From Curvularia clavata (taxonomy: Eukaryota): a stretch of DNA of 64,000 bases. Positions 11,721 through 24,680 of the stretch are shown piece after piece (positions within the stretch are counted from its first letter, which is position 1; each line of letters starts with the position of its first letter). Both the position numbers and the translations under genes were made by a program. Location: contig CP089275.1 in NCBI GenBank assembly GCA_023920165.1, forward strand, positions 1,054,001 to 1,118,000, given 5' to 3'. A model generated the notes under the pieces. The model did not search any database and was not told the DNA's origin. It worked only from the letters and a program-made list of their open reading frames with translations.

Positions 11721-12423
11721 TCAGAAAGTAACAACTTCCTTAACAACAACAGCTCCCGTTTCCATGTCATATGACGCGAAGCCTATAGCGTCAAGCTCCA
11801 CCACTGTCCCATTCAGGAGTGTATGAAAGCGATCAACATCAGATCTGGCGTCAATAGTTTCCACCTCCCTCTTGAAATTTCGTTTAAAAGGCCTTCCAAC
11901 GTTGTAGAACCAGCCTTCCTGATACTGGCCGTTGTATGACCATGTCCCACCATTGTAGATTTTACCATCTTTCTTCTTCATACATTGGTCAATTATCTGC
12001 TCAGTAAGTGTCTGCCATGAAGTTAGTTATCTGTATTTTGTAGGCCAAATGGTAGAGTGACGATAAACCTCATAGTGAAGGAGTTCCAAGGAAAAAAAAA
12101 AATCCAATCGTGAAATTTTACAAAAGCAAAGCGAGAGTACATACCCAGCAGTCTAACTGCGTCGGATGATCGTGTCCGTACCACCACCCCTGATAACATG
12201 TGCCAGACTTCTTAGGGCAGTCCGGATTGTCAACATAGAGTTTGAAGTTGCCATCCCAGTGTTGATTGCAATACTCATCGCGCAGACGCCACATCATATC
12301 GACTGCGAACTTGTCATAGAACGACTGATTGGGTTCTGTACAATCGGCGCCATTAACCATAGAGAGGAGCGGAGCAATTGCAGCGCCTAACCATAGCCAG
12401 GCTGCTGTCGTGCTCGAGGACAT
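11721..12423 (-). CDS. Small secreted Cys-containing protein (2 exons), candidate effector
   Basis: Signal peptide ending ...LLSMVNG|ADC. Intron 12012-12144 (GTATGT..CTAAC..CAG) joins LDCW to TLTEQIIDQCMKK in frame. Six Cys and two KR sites. TATAAATA upstream (~12550). Confidence 0.8.
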
Positions 12424-13341
12424 TACGAAAACTTGTATGATGTAGCCCGGGTGATAATTCAAAATGTAATGCTTGTTGTAGCGCTCAAGCAAGAATTCCA
12501 GAGAGTCGGTGGTATATTGCAGATGTTTTTTCGTGAAGATGAGGCAGGGTATTTATAAGAGTCAAACATGTTTTCATCAAATTATACGAGCAGACAACGA
12601 AATTGCTCACAACAATATTGATACTATCTTTGGTCCAATGGCGACAGGGCTCCGTACCAGGAAGCTGCTAGTCCGAGTTCACAGGCATCTCCCGTGCATG
12701 ATAAGCAATGCTAGCCAGTTGATTACTACCGAACTCGCATGATGCTCTGAATCCAGATGAGCAAGAGTTCAGCGTGACCTGAATCAAGGTATGACCTTCC
12801 ATTCCTGGAAAGGAGAAGTTCTGATTATGCCTGCGCAATCTCGTTTTTGCGAAAGAGGTAATTTTCAGGCTTTTGAGATTAGTAAATGATGAAAATAGTA
12901 GCGATTAGTACTGTTATACCCTGGTTGATGATTAGTAATATGACACCCTGGTTAACGATTACACAGTATTGTTGAGATGAGTGATTGGAAAATGATCCAA
13001 ATAGTGTGGCCCTAGTCAAGGTGTTCACGAATACCTCTAGTGTGTTGTTTTGTCTAATCTAGAGGTTGGCTTGGTGAGCAGCAATGTATCAGCTCTGAAG
13101 TTAACAGTGGCATTCTTTAACGGAGCACTAGCGTTTTGAAAATTCACTCCTAGGTAAGTTCAAGGAAAGATAAGGTGTTAAAAATGTAAATAACTCTCGA
13201 TACCCATGGCATCGTTTGTTGAAAGACTAGCAGGGTAAGATAAACTATTGCCTGTTGCCTATGGCGCATGGGAAACAGCACAAAGCAACTGAACAAGAGC
13301 ACTAATATCTACGCCATCTAAATGAATATACGAACCAATAT

Positions 13342-13755
13342 TCAATAACCCCTGAAATCGCATTGCCAGATAATCTGGTTCCCATCTTCCCATACTCCAC
13401 TCGGTCTCCCACACCAGGCCGCGGAACCCTGAGAGCCTTTCCACTGTTCAACATAGATGTAGTGGTCACCGCCACCATTCTTAGTTACTCGAAAACCGTA
13501 GCCTCCAGCAGTCTCCTGGTAAGGACAGTACCAATAACTTGTGCTTTGTTCATTGCCGGTGCAAAATTTATCCGTACTTGGTAGCTTGGCAGAGGGAGAT
13601 CCGACTTTGCTACCCAGAGTCTCCCATGAATCATTGAAAACTTTGAAGTAGGGTTTGACTCTGCTGTCGCCAGCGAAGGTTTTCACGCCGATCCGAAGCT
13701 GCATGGCTGCAGTAATACCCAGGAGGGATAAAAATGGTAGTAAATTTGTATGCAT
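13342..13755 (-). CDS. Small secreted protein, 137 aa, 4 Cys, candidate effector
   Basis: Signal peptide MHTNLLPFLSLLGITAA, intronless ORF, TATAAATA upstream (~13850). Confidence 0.8.
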   Translation of the reverse strand: MHTNLLPFLSLLGITAAMQLRIGVKTFAGDSRVKPYFKVFNDSWETLGSKVGSPSAKLPSTDKFCTGNEQSTSYWYCPYQETAGGYGFRVTKNGGGDHYIYVEQWKGSQGSAAWCGRPSGVWEDGNQIIWQCDFRGY

Positions 13756-14754
13756 GCTGCTTGTTTGAGGGAGCCAGTGGTTGAAGCTCGAATAGATAAT
13801 TGGAGTGTATAACGTTTGCTGACTGACTTCTGCCGTTCAGGGTAGGGTATTTATATTTAATCGGAGATAAAGGAGTGAAAAGATGATTACATATAGGTGC
13901 TTCCAGTGAGCGGACTGTCAGCCAATAAATACTGCATTGAATTACGTGCATATCAGGGTATCATACGAATTGGCTAATACCGCGCCAAAATTCCTTTCAT
14001 TAGGAGGGCCTGTACATGGTGTGTCACGTCTTACTTGGCCATCAGCGTGAATATGGATTAGCTCGACTGTTTAGATATTCTTGTCAGCTTGACGAAATCC
14101 TACCGGCCTTATGAACAACACTAAAGCACCTTGTGCTTACGTTACCAGACGCAACAATTTTTGTGCAGCATGTGATGGACAGCCAAAGGCTACACCCCTT
14201 TGGGCGTTAGTGCCTTGGCAGCAGCCCTGTACTTAGCCTCACCTCCAGTCTGATCCACAATATATACTTGTACTATACTATTTTTGTGCACCTGTTCTTT
14301 TTGGCCGGGCATCCCGCCCGTGCCACAGCAAGACTTGAAATTTGATCACTCAACATCATTCCAAGGAATGACAAGATTGCACCCGCCTCTAATCAAAATA
14401 TCGATGATCAGTCGTATTCCAGTGCACAGACTGACAAAAAAGCCTAATTCATGCTAGAATACGTACATATGGTCTCTCTAAGAGTAATTTTCGTCGAAAA
14501 CAGTAGCTTTGTCACGATGCACATCTATGTTTGTTCAGCATTCCAAGAAGGGCATATCGTATTCGTGCATTTGATTAGTATTACATCGAAGCGATCACGT
14601 TCTGCATAGTCTTAGTAAGCACCCATAATAGTTTATAAAAAGTGTGGAACGCTTCGTGTATTTCTGACTTCACAAGACAGAAACTCGAACCCTATCGTTT
14701 GAATACCTCCATACTCCCTTTTCGACAAATTCCCTGGCATACCAACAATACAGG

Positions 14755-15357
14755 ATGGTCCGATTCAGCTTCACCATCATAGCGTTTCTTGCGGCTATCA
14801 CCCATGCTATGGTCCTCGATACGAAAGTGATGGCTCGCGACAACTCGACGATAGAAGCCCGTTCTACACACAGCGGTTGTGTACAGGCTCACTGCTTCGC
14901 TGTATCAGACATCGGTGTTGCAGATGCTGTTGGAGACGCTGTCAACGTACAAATCCATGTGAACGGAATCTACACATTCGAATTGATAGGCGCAAAGCGC
15001 TTTAGCACAGACAGTAATGTTTGGCAGTGGAACCAGATTACGGACCATAATGGCAAAAAATGGGACATCAAAATGACTGGATTCTGTGGCCATCTTAGTT
15101 ATAGGAACAACTGGCAGACGACCGATGGCTGGTACGGTTTGACAGACATAGCTGAGCATAAGGTGGAGGACAGGGACTGTGGCTATTGCATAACAGCAAA
15201 TTGCGTCTGTGTTCTCCACGAAGTTATCAAGGAGGACACCTACGCAAACGATTGTGCGGGATACTCAAGCATGCCGTTCTGCGACTACCGCGGTCCTTGT
15301 AAGACTGGTGGTCAGATGAACCATTATCCCGACTACCACAGATCGTATTCACTCTGA
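14755..15357 (+). CDS. Secreted Cys-rich protein, 200 aa, 10 Cys, candidate effector
   Basis: Signal peptide MVRFSFTIIAFLAAITHA, short pro-region ending IEAR, TATAAAA at ~14634. Confidence 0.82.
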   Translation: MVRFSFTIIAFLAAITHAMVLDTKVMARDNSTIEARSTHSGCVQAHCFAVSDIGVADAVGDAVNVQIHVNGIYTFELIGAKRFSTDSNVWQWNQITDHNGKKWDIKMTGFCGHLSYRNNWQTTDGWYGLTDIAEHKVEDRDCGYCITANCVCVLHEVIKEDTYANDCAGYSSMPFCDYRGPCKTGGQMNHYPDYHRSYSL

Positions 15358-16590
15358 TCACACCTCTGGATCTTTCGGAACGAATCGCACTCGGATTTTT
15401 CGCTTGGTCTAAGGATAATCACTACATTGTACGCTAAGCTGGAAGACAGCATCAACATCAATAACAACAAGTCTTAGCTACAAGGTAGAATACCACAGAA
15501 ATTAAACTCTTATGAAACTACTAAGACCACATTCATAAAATATACTATGGCTCTAATATCTACCCCTGAGATACGGTGTATTTACCATGCAGAGCGAAGA
15601 CGAAAATAAACCAGCAAGTTTGAAGAAGCCAGTTTCTTCTGCCCCTACAGCTAAGAGGCCACTACTGGCGGCATGGCGGCGCGAAGCCCAACCCTCGTTG
15701 TAAACAACTTAGCCGCTCACGGGTTAGAGTATCTCCAACTTTGCAACGACTGTACATGTCCAACCTTCAGTCCTTGATCGCTGCTAGATTGCGGCCTATA
15801 TGCAACACAAAAATGTGGAAGACATAATTGAACGAAAGAAGACATTACGCATGCATTTGGAGCTTGGAATATTATACCTAAAACACTCGCTTCCGTCCTG
15901 AAGTCACAAAAGGCCGCTGACGAAAAAGCAGAAAACAAAACAAATAAATGACCTCTTCAACGAGAAATTGGATCTAGTTTCCCACGAGCTGTCAACTGCT
16001 TGAAAAGCTGAAATACTATGTAACTACTATCGTACTGAGCCATCTACCAAAACACCTATGGAATTTCCAATCAAGTAACAATACCCCGTTGTCACGTTTC
16101 GGTTTTTGAACATATTAGTCTAACGATCGTTGCTCTAAACTAGACCAAGACTAGAGAAGTAAAGCCCGACCCCGTGCTACATTAACGTTCTGAAAGCCAA
16201 AGCAACACCTTTCCCTATTTGACAATGATAAGTATAAAGAGTTTCTTATCAAAGGGAGACAGATGTTACCCCTCATTTGTGTCAGCACGGCAGGTGTTCT
16301 AGCAGTGAGGGAGTAATGTTAGTCAGTTATATGGGATCTTCTCACTATTTTGCACCTTTTATGAAGGATAATGTTTAATCAGACACCGTAGAGGGTAGTT
16401 ATAGACCAATTCCTGATAAGTGGTATCGGGAAGACCAGTCCAGTTATTCGAGCTATTACTGTGAAGCAAACGCCCTACTAAGTATTTTGACTCTAGTACT
16501 TGGTAACTCAACCACAAAACGTAACCGTTACTCTGTGAGCCTAGGTATCTCCTACCACGACTACTTAGGAACATAAGTAGTCTCTTGATC

Positions 16591-16812
16591 TTAACATTGA
16601 CCAGAATACGTGCAGGTATAGGTAGGCGCCCCTTGGCAGCAGTAGGCAGCACCATTTTTGCAGTTGCATTTCTCAGAGCCGGGGCATGCTACATTGCATG
16701 ATTGCCGTTCCTCCAACAGCTCTCGAACTTCGATTCCTGTAAGATGCTGTACAGAATGCGGGGTAGCTACAACAATGGTAGCCATAAGAAATGATAGGAT
16801 AAGATATCTCAT
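16591..16812 (-). CDS. Pre-pro-peptide, 73 aa, with a 37-aa mature 8-Cys peptide
   Basis: Signal MRYLILSFLMATIVVA, pro-region ending LEER, then QSCNVACPGSEKCNCKNGAAYCCQGAPTYTCTYSGQC and a stop. TATAAA upstream (~16930). Confidence 0.8.
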   Translation of the reverse strand: MRYLILSFLMATIVVATPHSVQHLTGIEVRELLEERQSCNVACPGSEKCNCKNGAAYCCQGAPTYTCTYSGQC

Positions 16813-19265
16813 CGTAAATAGGTTTTTGGTTGTCGGTCGAGCCGTGGTCGATGTGGAGACGTTAAAAAGAAGATTAACTGCGTTGAGAATGATGAACTAA
16901 GGTTGTACTGAGACGAGAGGGTGTAGAATTTATACCCAACAGCTGGTACCTTTAGGAAATTCGGACGGCAGATGTCTGGTGCAAAGCATGATCTCTTCGT
17001 AGAATAGGGAATAGCTGTATTGATCACCAGAGTTTTTTTATTGATATCCCAGGTATAGGGGCTTCTACGGTGATATCCGAGACGTTGGGTATCACAAATC
17101 TGCAAATAAGCTTTCCTATTAACTTCCGCCAATGCACCTAGAAGGCCCTTCTTAAGCGATGCGAAAGGGCTAATAAGGTAAGGTAGAAAGGTATGCGGAC
17201 ATGAAGATTTTGTGAGGCAAAAGAATAGAAACACTAGCTGTGAAGACAGTATAGGCTTCTCACAGGCAACGTGAGAATATATCCAAAATAGGCAAATCGC
17301 GTAATTAGGTTATATCACATGCTCTGTCACATGACTATCTGGTGAAAGGGATGCATAGTCCTTTACACAAAGATCTGATTGATTGTGAAGTCTCTATAGC
17401 TTGATCTTAACGAATGTAAACAGTATTACGTCTATGCCGAGAAATGTTCAACCTACAAGCATGGACATTAGTATATTACATTTCGAGCAGTGATGCTCAT
17501 CGAGATGGCTATAATTTTACTGCACAACCGGAAGCAAGCATGCGTGCAATAATGTAGTAACGGGACTCATGGGTAAAAAGAATAAAGTTCTTCATTGACT
17601 AAAATGATATCAATGACTTGAATCGCCGTAGATCAAGACCTAGACAATGTAGCTATCGGCATACTGATAAGTTGTATTTCATGCGTGCTTGAAATCTACA
17701 CGGACCACGAAAGAACGCCAAACGCAGGACGTATGGCATAGCGTACAGCCATATTTGGAACAGATTCATTTATTGTTGTCGTCGAAGCAATCATTGAAAA
17801 AAAATGATTATTTTCGTGGCGGATGGCTAAGATTTTCGAATAAGCAACCCATTTGCGAGATCTCGTGCTGTGTCTAGATATATATATCTGCTGCGAAAGC
17901 AAAACGTTAGAGCAAATTGGATGTAGCGGATTCTTCTTTCGGTAAACATCTTTACAAAATGGAAAAGAGTTTTCAAAAATAACCCATGTTGGGAGATAGA
18001 GTTTGAGGATGAAACTGCTTCTGTGAGACGCGAAGAGATTGGAAGCATTGTTGTCTGAAGATGATTAATTGCTAGCTAGCAGAGGAGAAGGGCTCTTAAA
18101 GTTCTTGAATGGATAACATAGCATGCTCTCGGAAACATTCGTATATTGATTGCTATTGGACCACTTTATATCTTTTCTCACCTTGCGGAACAGCTTGGAT
18201 CGTTGTTAGTGACTCGGCCATGGGTGTTCTGGGGTTTCCTTATGATTTTGCCGTATAAGACGGCATTGATGATGATCTAACAGCAGTAACAGACCCACTT
18301 CCGCTATGAAGGCCCTTGAACCAGGCCGTTTTTGCAGGCTGCAGTGGAGCGCTAGCGTTTACGACGCGGTTACCGCGCCCATCTCTTGATCAATCAACAT
18401 CTCAGAGAGGAATAGTTGTGAGTTGGAAATGTTACGTGCCGCAGATGATGATGCGGTGCAGATTGTGAAGCGTAAGAAGTAAGCTGAGTGAGCATAGTGA
18501 CATTCCTCACCGCCAGCAATACTCTGCTAAATTGGTCATACAAGTAGGCCTTAAAGCTCGACAGATATGGTGGAAATTATCAAGAAATCTCGTTACTCTA
18601 TACATTCTAAGAGCTCTCTGCGGAAAGGACGAGCCGATGCATCGCCTAAAAGTCCTGATCGGATTCGGGACGAGTTAAGCAATCTTGGGCATGGTCTGGC
18701 ATGGTCTGACTGTACTCTTATGGAAAACGCCGGAGATGATAGGAGTGATAAGAAAAGACTGTGGACGTCGCGACCACATCGCCGATTGGTTGATAAAACT
18801 TGAGGCATCTACGTACCAACTGTTCTCCTGAGGAAAACAGTCTATTAATCAGAGTTTTTAATGGTACTTCCCGCAAATAGAGAGCACTAGAACCTGGAAA
18901 CTCCCAGTACGACCTTCGGTTAGAACCCCCAGCGGATTCACAAGGTCAGGCGTGCTCACCCTTGTTACAAGAAACTTAAACGGTGTTAACGACTTACCTT
19001 TTGTGTGAACGAGATCCTGGGTCTCAGTGGACCGTGCTACAACCTGCGACAAATTGAGTCTTACCGGGCAAACTAGGGAGATGTTCAGGACGGTTCCGAG
19101 AGAATCTCTCTTCTATATCCCCTTACATGTCTTGCTACTTGATGAAATTAGCTCTCATGCGAGAGTCAATACAATTATCACAAATGTAAAGTCCGACGTG
19201 ACCGCACTAGCGCAAAACCATTAATATCGTGGGAATATTCCACTGGTATTCCCTACGCACCAGGT

Positions 19266-19395
19266 GATAGGGAAAAGGTAAAGAAAAGAGCACACGCTGG
19301 GGTGAGCGAGCCTTCACGACGGCGATGTGGACGCTTTGGTGAGACAGATCATAACGTGCGCATACCCAAGCAGGTGGAAATGATAGTTTCTAAAA
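19266..19395 (+). mobile_element. Relic of a Fot1/pogo-like transposase C-terminus (degenerate zinc knuckle)
   Basis: Translates to KVKKRAHAGVSEPSRRRCGRFGETDHNVRIPKQVE, resembling the RRCGxCGxxGHNxRTC tail of fungal pogo transposases with two Cys lost. Confidence 0.5.
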
Positions 19396-20594
19396 CAGTT
19401 GCCTACTCCAATTCATCTTCACCTACTATCATGTTTTTGTTGTAATAGCCAGGATTTCTAGTACAGTATTAACACCGTGGCAAGCTCACCCTTCTCAAAC
19501 CTTATCTGAATGCCTCATGCACAATGTTCCTAGTGTTGTTATTTTTTCTCCACTAGAATAGACCATGTTCACCGCATTCTCAAAGGCTTATGGAAGCATG
19601 ACTACGTGTGCTGTATTTGGTCCGAAACTATCTTCTTAAAGTTACAGAATGCTTGGAAGCGAGGTGACGTGTACATATGATTATTGCGGCTAGTCTATTG
19701 TACTGCTAAAGATGTACAAGGGTATGTAACACAGTGATACGAACGTTCCTTTTTCCACCATTGGGTACGCTCCAGTCGATAAAGTGTCTTGGTTGGGTAA
19801 TCATTATATAATGCTGTATGTCTTTTTGAGCGTCCGCTTTTAGCAAAGCATGTGATGTCTCATGCCTCGCGCCTGCCACATGGTTACGAAGGTTCAATTT
19901 GTAAGCACAGATGTTGACTAATTATGTGCTAAGTCTGTTATTCCTCTGTTGATCACTGGAGCCAGACGTTCACTCTTACAGTTAACTCCATGATCATCTA
20001 CACCATGCTAGTGCAACGGCCGCACAATCCAACCGGGTTCCAAGATATCGGGTCGGCATGGTTATAGCTCATAGATATATTCAACGGCGTTGAGCTGTCG
20101 CAACGCTGTAAAAAAGGCTAGATCTAGCATATTGAGAAAGCCCCGGCAGATAGATGGACAAAGAGATTGGTGAAATCTCTTAAGTGATACAGATTTCTAG
20201 GAAAATGTTAGTAATTAACTATATCTAATCAACCATTACAACTCATATCGTCAGCAGTTGAGTGTGTAGAAGGTGTATTGGTTAACGATGTACATGAGGC
20301 TGAGAGCGAGTTTGAATATAGAATCACTAGTTAGTGGGCAACCGCGTGACCGTACATGGTACTTATGGGCTTACAAAATTTTACGAAGACGGTATTACTC
20401 TGTATACTTCATACCAAACACCTTCTCGTACCCTTCCAGCGCTACCTGGTATACCTCCTCAGCATCTTCTAGCCTGCCTAGGTTTTCGTAGAGAATCTCG
20501 AATTTTTTAACCCTGTCAATTGCCCATGTGTACTCTGAACGCCACAAACATGGGCGCCAGAATGACTTGGGTAACGAGAGAAATTAATATGCAC

Positions 20595-22380
20595 CTATTC
20601 TTTCACGAGGCCAGCACCCTTCTCATGACCTTCATGGCCTTCCGCTTCCTCATCGTCCACTGTTGATTGCCCAATGACGCTCCGCCATTCCATGCCGAGA
20701 CTGGCTAACAGAGTCAGGCATGACAACCCAAGGGCAAGGTACCATATAGACCGTATGGAATCATTGTATGCGACTAGAACCGCTCCCAATTGCCCAGCTG
20801 GAGCATCCTCCCTAATGGATATTGCCCCACTGGAACCGATGTCTCTCAAATCGGCGTCAGGTAGAATCGGCTCCAGCAGTTTGGCCAATTTACTCTGCAG
20901 CAAGGCCTGCCCCACAGTGACGAAGAGTGTAGATCCTAAGAAATTGGCTAGATTAATAACCGCAAATCCGATCGATACGTCCTGTTTGGGAAGGACTGTT
21001 TGAGCTGCGATGTTGGGGCCCTGCAGAACGAGGCCGAGGCCAATCCCTGCTAAGACCTAATGTTTCTCAACAAACACATTTCTAGTAATTCAAGTACTGG
21101 CCGTACGTACTTGAAATCCAATCCATTTCCCGCTTCCGACATCAACCGACCACGTGGATATTAGGCCGGAACCGACAATCGCAATCGTAGCGCCAACCAG
21201 AAGTGGAGGTAGATAGTAGCCAATTTTGCTCGTCACAACACCGCTCGCAATGACTGCAACTACCACACTGAGGAGGAGCGGTATCAGCGATAGTCCAGAA
21301 TCCTGCGGCGATTTGCCTTGCACTACCTGAAACCATATTGGCAGGTAGAAAGCAAAGAGGACAAGAACTGAGCCAATGCCAAGACTAGCTATGGTACCTG
21401 CGAAAATGCTGCGTTGCGATATGATCTGGGGAGGTATTGTGCCCTTCTCACCTCTCCAAACTTGGAACCCAACAAATACGATGCCAAATGTGCCAGCAAT
21501 GACAAACAATGCGATGACGACGCCACTGCCCCACGCATACTCGTTACGGCCAAATTGAATGGCGAGCAACAAGCATACGAGTGACGTTGCGATCAGAAGG
21601 AATCCCAAAGGATCGAGCTCGAAGAACTTGCCTCTCAAGGTTATCGCTCGTTGTGCTGGTGGTGGACATTTTGGTGTGAGTAAGATCAGGAGTACGATAG
21701 AAACCCCTCCAACGGGGAGGTTGATCCAAAAACACCATCGCCACTGAAATTGTAAGCAGGAAGCTTTAGTTGAGGCTGCATGGAGATATATACCGTAATT
21801 GATGTGAGGTAGCCTCCAAGGATAGGCCCCAAAATCGAGGTGATGCCGAAGACGCTTCCAAGACTTCCAATGTACTTTGGACGGGACTGCATCGGAACAA
21901 GGAAGGTAATTAACAGGAAGGCGCCCGGTGATACGCCGGCTCCCCCTATTCCTGAGATAACTCTTCCCACGATCAAGGCCTTGGATGATGGTGCTGCTGC
22001 GCATATTATGGAGCCGACTTCGAAAATGGCAATGTTGAGTACCATGGTCCACTTCGCGGAGTAGTAGCGGTAGATGCGTCCGAACGAAAGTTGAAGCACG
22101 CAGAATGGAAGGAGGTACCCCGATTCGTACCAGGCTATATCCCCAAAGCTCTGGAATTGTTGCGAAATGGTTGGCACAGCTGTACCAATGATTGTTCGAT
22201 CCTGCGAAAAATGTCAGACAGTCAATGCCATCATAGCGTTGGGACACTGACCAGAGCCACGACAAAGAATGCAAGCCAAATGGCAATCATTGCCGGAAGG
22301 ACAATCTTGAATGGCGGGTATCCTGTCTCGTCGTGTCCTGTTGGAGTTTCCTCCCTATCTGTTTTTGTTATATCAGTCAT
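20595..22380 (-). CDS. MFS drug:H+ antiporter (DHA2, 14-TM, toxin-efflux type), multi-exon
   Basis: Motifs AFFVVAL|DRTIIGTAVP, WYESGYLL, FEVGSIICAAAP, GRVISGIG, WRWCFWINLPVG, FYLPIWFQ, MEWRSV. GT..AG introns link the ORF pieces. Confidence 0.92.
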
Positions 22381-22624
22381 GGTCGAAGGTGTAAAATGGC
22401 TGGGTCTGCTTATGATGCATGTGAACTCTTTCCATAGTCGTGTAGACGGCCATCTTATATGTTCAACGAAAGAAGCTGTAGAAGATACCTTGCATGCTGC
22501 GGCCTCCGTGTTCATCGAGAAACAGTGCCGTGGATTTGAGTGGGGCGCCTAACAGGTGCTCGGGGGCGGGACCGAGACCGAGCTTCGGTGATCTCATCAC
22601 TCCGAACACTTTACATCGCACACC
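22381..22624. promoter_or_regulatory. Short bidirectional promoter between the MFS and the Zn2Cys6 TF, with clustered CGG/CCG triplets
   Basis: 244 bp separate the divergent ATGs. cgggggcgggaccgagaccgagcttcgg...tccg at 22561-22605 resembles Zn2Cys6 half-sites. Confidence 0.45.
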
Positions 22625-24680
22625 ATGACATACAGTCAAGCTTGCAGACCATGCGCAAAGCGTAAAGTTCGTTGCGACAAATTAGAGCCATGTTCGAATT
22701 GCAGGCGCCGAAAAACCGATCAATGTACGTATCCACCACGTACCCCCTCGGATCACATTCGACAGCTCGAAGGCCTTGTCCGCGAGCTCGTTCACTTCGC
22801 ACCCACCGACGGTGTGTCTTCATCACGTGATGGAAATGACGCGCAGCAAGGCATTCGGGCCATATCAGGAATCAGGAGCAGTGACCCGATGCTGGTAGAA
22901 GAGGATGGCACAATGCAATACCTGGAGTCGTGAGTGCATCAACACCCATGGAACGAGCATCGCTAATAATTTCCAAAGGCGTTCCTGGAGGCCCTGGAGA
23001 GCAGAGAGTGGGTCTGATCAAGGGGTGCAACTTCCAGGAGGCTTTACCACGATACCACCTCCCAAGTTGCCGCATGCACTAGTGAGCGTTCTGCCTAGCC
23101 ACAACACCCGTCCCATTACAGATCCCCCAGTCGATGCACATCGGGCTCGCGTTCTGTGGGATACATTCAAAGAACGCGTTGAGCCTCTGGTTAGGGTCGT
23201 ATTTCGATGGCAAATCGGCGACCTGGTGAGGCGAACAATGTGCGCCGATTCTACGCCACTCTCGAACCTTGAGCAGAGCCTTGTCGATGCCATTTATTAC
23301 GCCAGCGCCAATAGTCTCACTGATGACCAGTGTATGGTGCTTCTGCAAATGCCAAAAAGTACTCTTCTTGCACATTGCCAAACACAGTGCGAACAGTCAC
23401 TTCTTGGACCAGATCTCTTTTGCGTTAAAGATATTTTAACAATCAAGGCGGTCATATTTTACATAGTAAGCGACCAGCCACACATGACAGCTCATGAAAC
23501 TAAAGAGAATAGATCGCAAGTATAGGCCGCCTCAGCACGCAAAGTTTATGGTCCATTGTTGGCATGACTCTGCGTAACGCGGAGAAGCTAGGACTGCATC
23601 GGGATGGATTGCTACTCGGTCTTGCACCAATTCACGTTGAAGATCGGCGACGCGTCTGGTGGCAGCTCCAGCATCTTGACTTGGCTTTGGCTGTGAGGAT
23701 TGGCCTCACTCCAATGACCTTATCGGCTGGCTGGGATGTGGAGATGCCCTCAAACATCGAAGATGATGATATCACGCCGGCATGTACCTCAATCCCACGG
23801 CCCAGAGCAGGACTGACAACCATGTCATACTGCCTTTTCACTTACTGGGTTCTCAAACAGCAAAGGCAGACCTTTCTCGCCAAATACGGTCATTTCGAAC
23901 TGTCTTGGCAGATCAACAGTAAGGTCAAAGAGAGCACCAAGGACGACATGATGACTCAACTGGAAACTGGGATCAACCAGGAGTTTTTACAATACTGTGA
24001 CCCCATCAAGCCTTTGGATGTATTTCTCCAGCTATTCGCAAGGCTCTTCATCACTTCGATGCATCTCAGGATCCTCCATGCCCGAGTATTCTCTGGAAAT
24101 GGTGATTATCGCCCGAAGCTTCTTGAATCATCCACACAAACCTTACGGTACAACATCGCTATCCAAAGCCAATCGTCTTTGAAACAGTTCCGATGGCTGA
24201 GCAAGGCATGGTTCAACTGGCAAGCATGTAAGTTTAGCGCGACACATTGGACCTAAGATGCTGACAGTCGTAGTCATGTGTGTCCTCATCGAAGCCCGAG
24301 ACGCTGCCGACATGATTCGGGCACAAGAACTATGGAAACTCATGCTAGAAGTTTATGCGGCGCATGAGGAGTTGCTCGATTTTGCTGGAGATCGAAGGAG
24401 GGTCCAAGCAGCAGAAATCATCCTTGCGACATGGCATAACCATGAAGAGAAATTCGCAGGTCACAGTCATGACAAGCCAGATATGCTCTCCAAGCTCTCG
24501 CTTGAACTAGCCACGTATCGCGCAGGTTTGGAACCTCTCGTCGACCCAGCTACGCGCAGTGCTGAGAATATTTCATTGGTTCCAGATATGCCGGTCGAAG
24601 CAACTGCGATTGAAGCAGATTTTTCATTTGACTTGGACTTTCAGGACGTCGACTGGAGCTTTTGGGACAGCATGGAGTAA
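22625..24680 (+). CDS. Zn(II)2Cys6 transcription factor with fungal-specific TF middle domain, multi-exon
   Basis: Zn cluster CRPCAKRKVRCDKLEPCSNCRRRKTDQC. Middle domain AEKLGLHRDG, EDRRRVWWQL, MPSNIEDDD. Acidic tail DVDWSFWDSME. Confidence 0.92.

Noticed and set aside
12903..12961. Two imperfect ~26-bp tandem units (gattagta..accctggtt)
   Set aside because: Only two degenerate copies with no spacer structure; not CRISPR-like.
17696..19052. Short ORFs in the gene desert (e.g. 17827-18048)
   Set aside because: No signal peptide, domain or convincing splice model.
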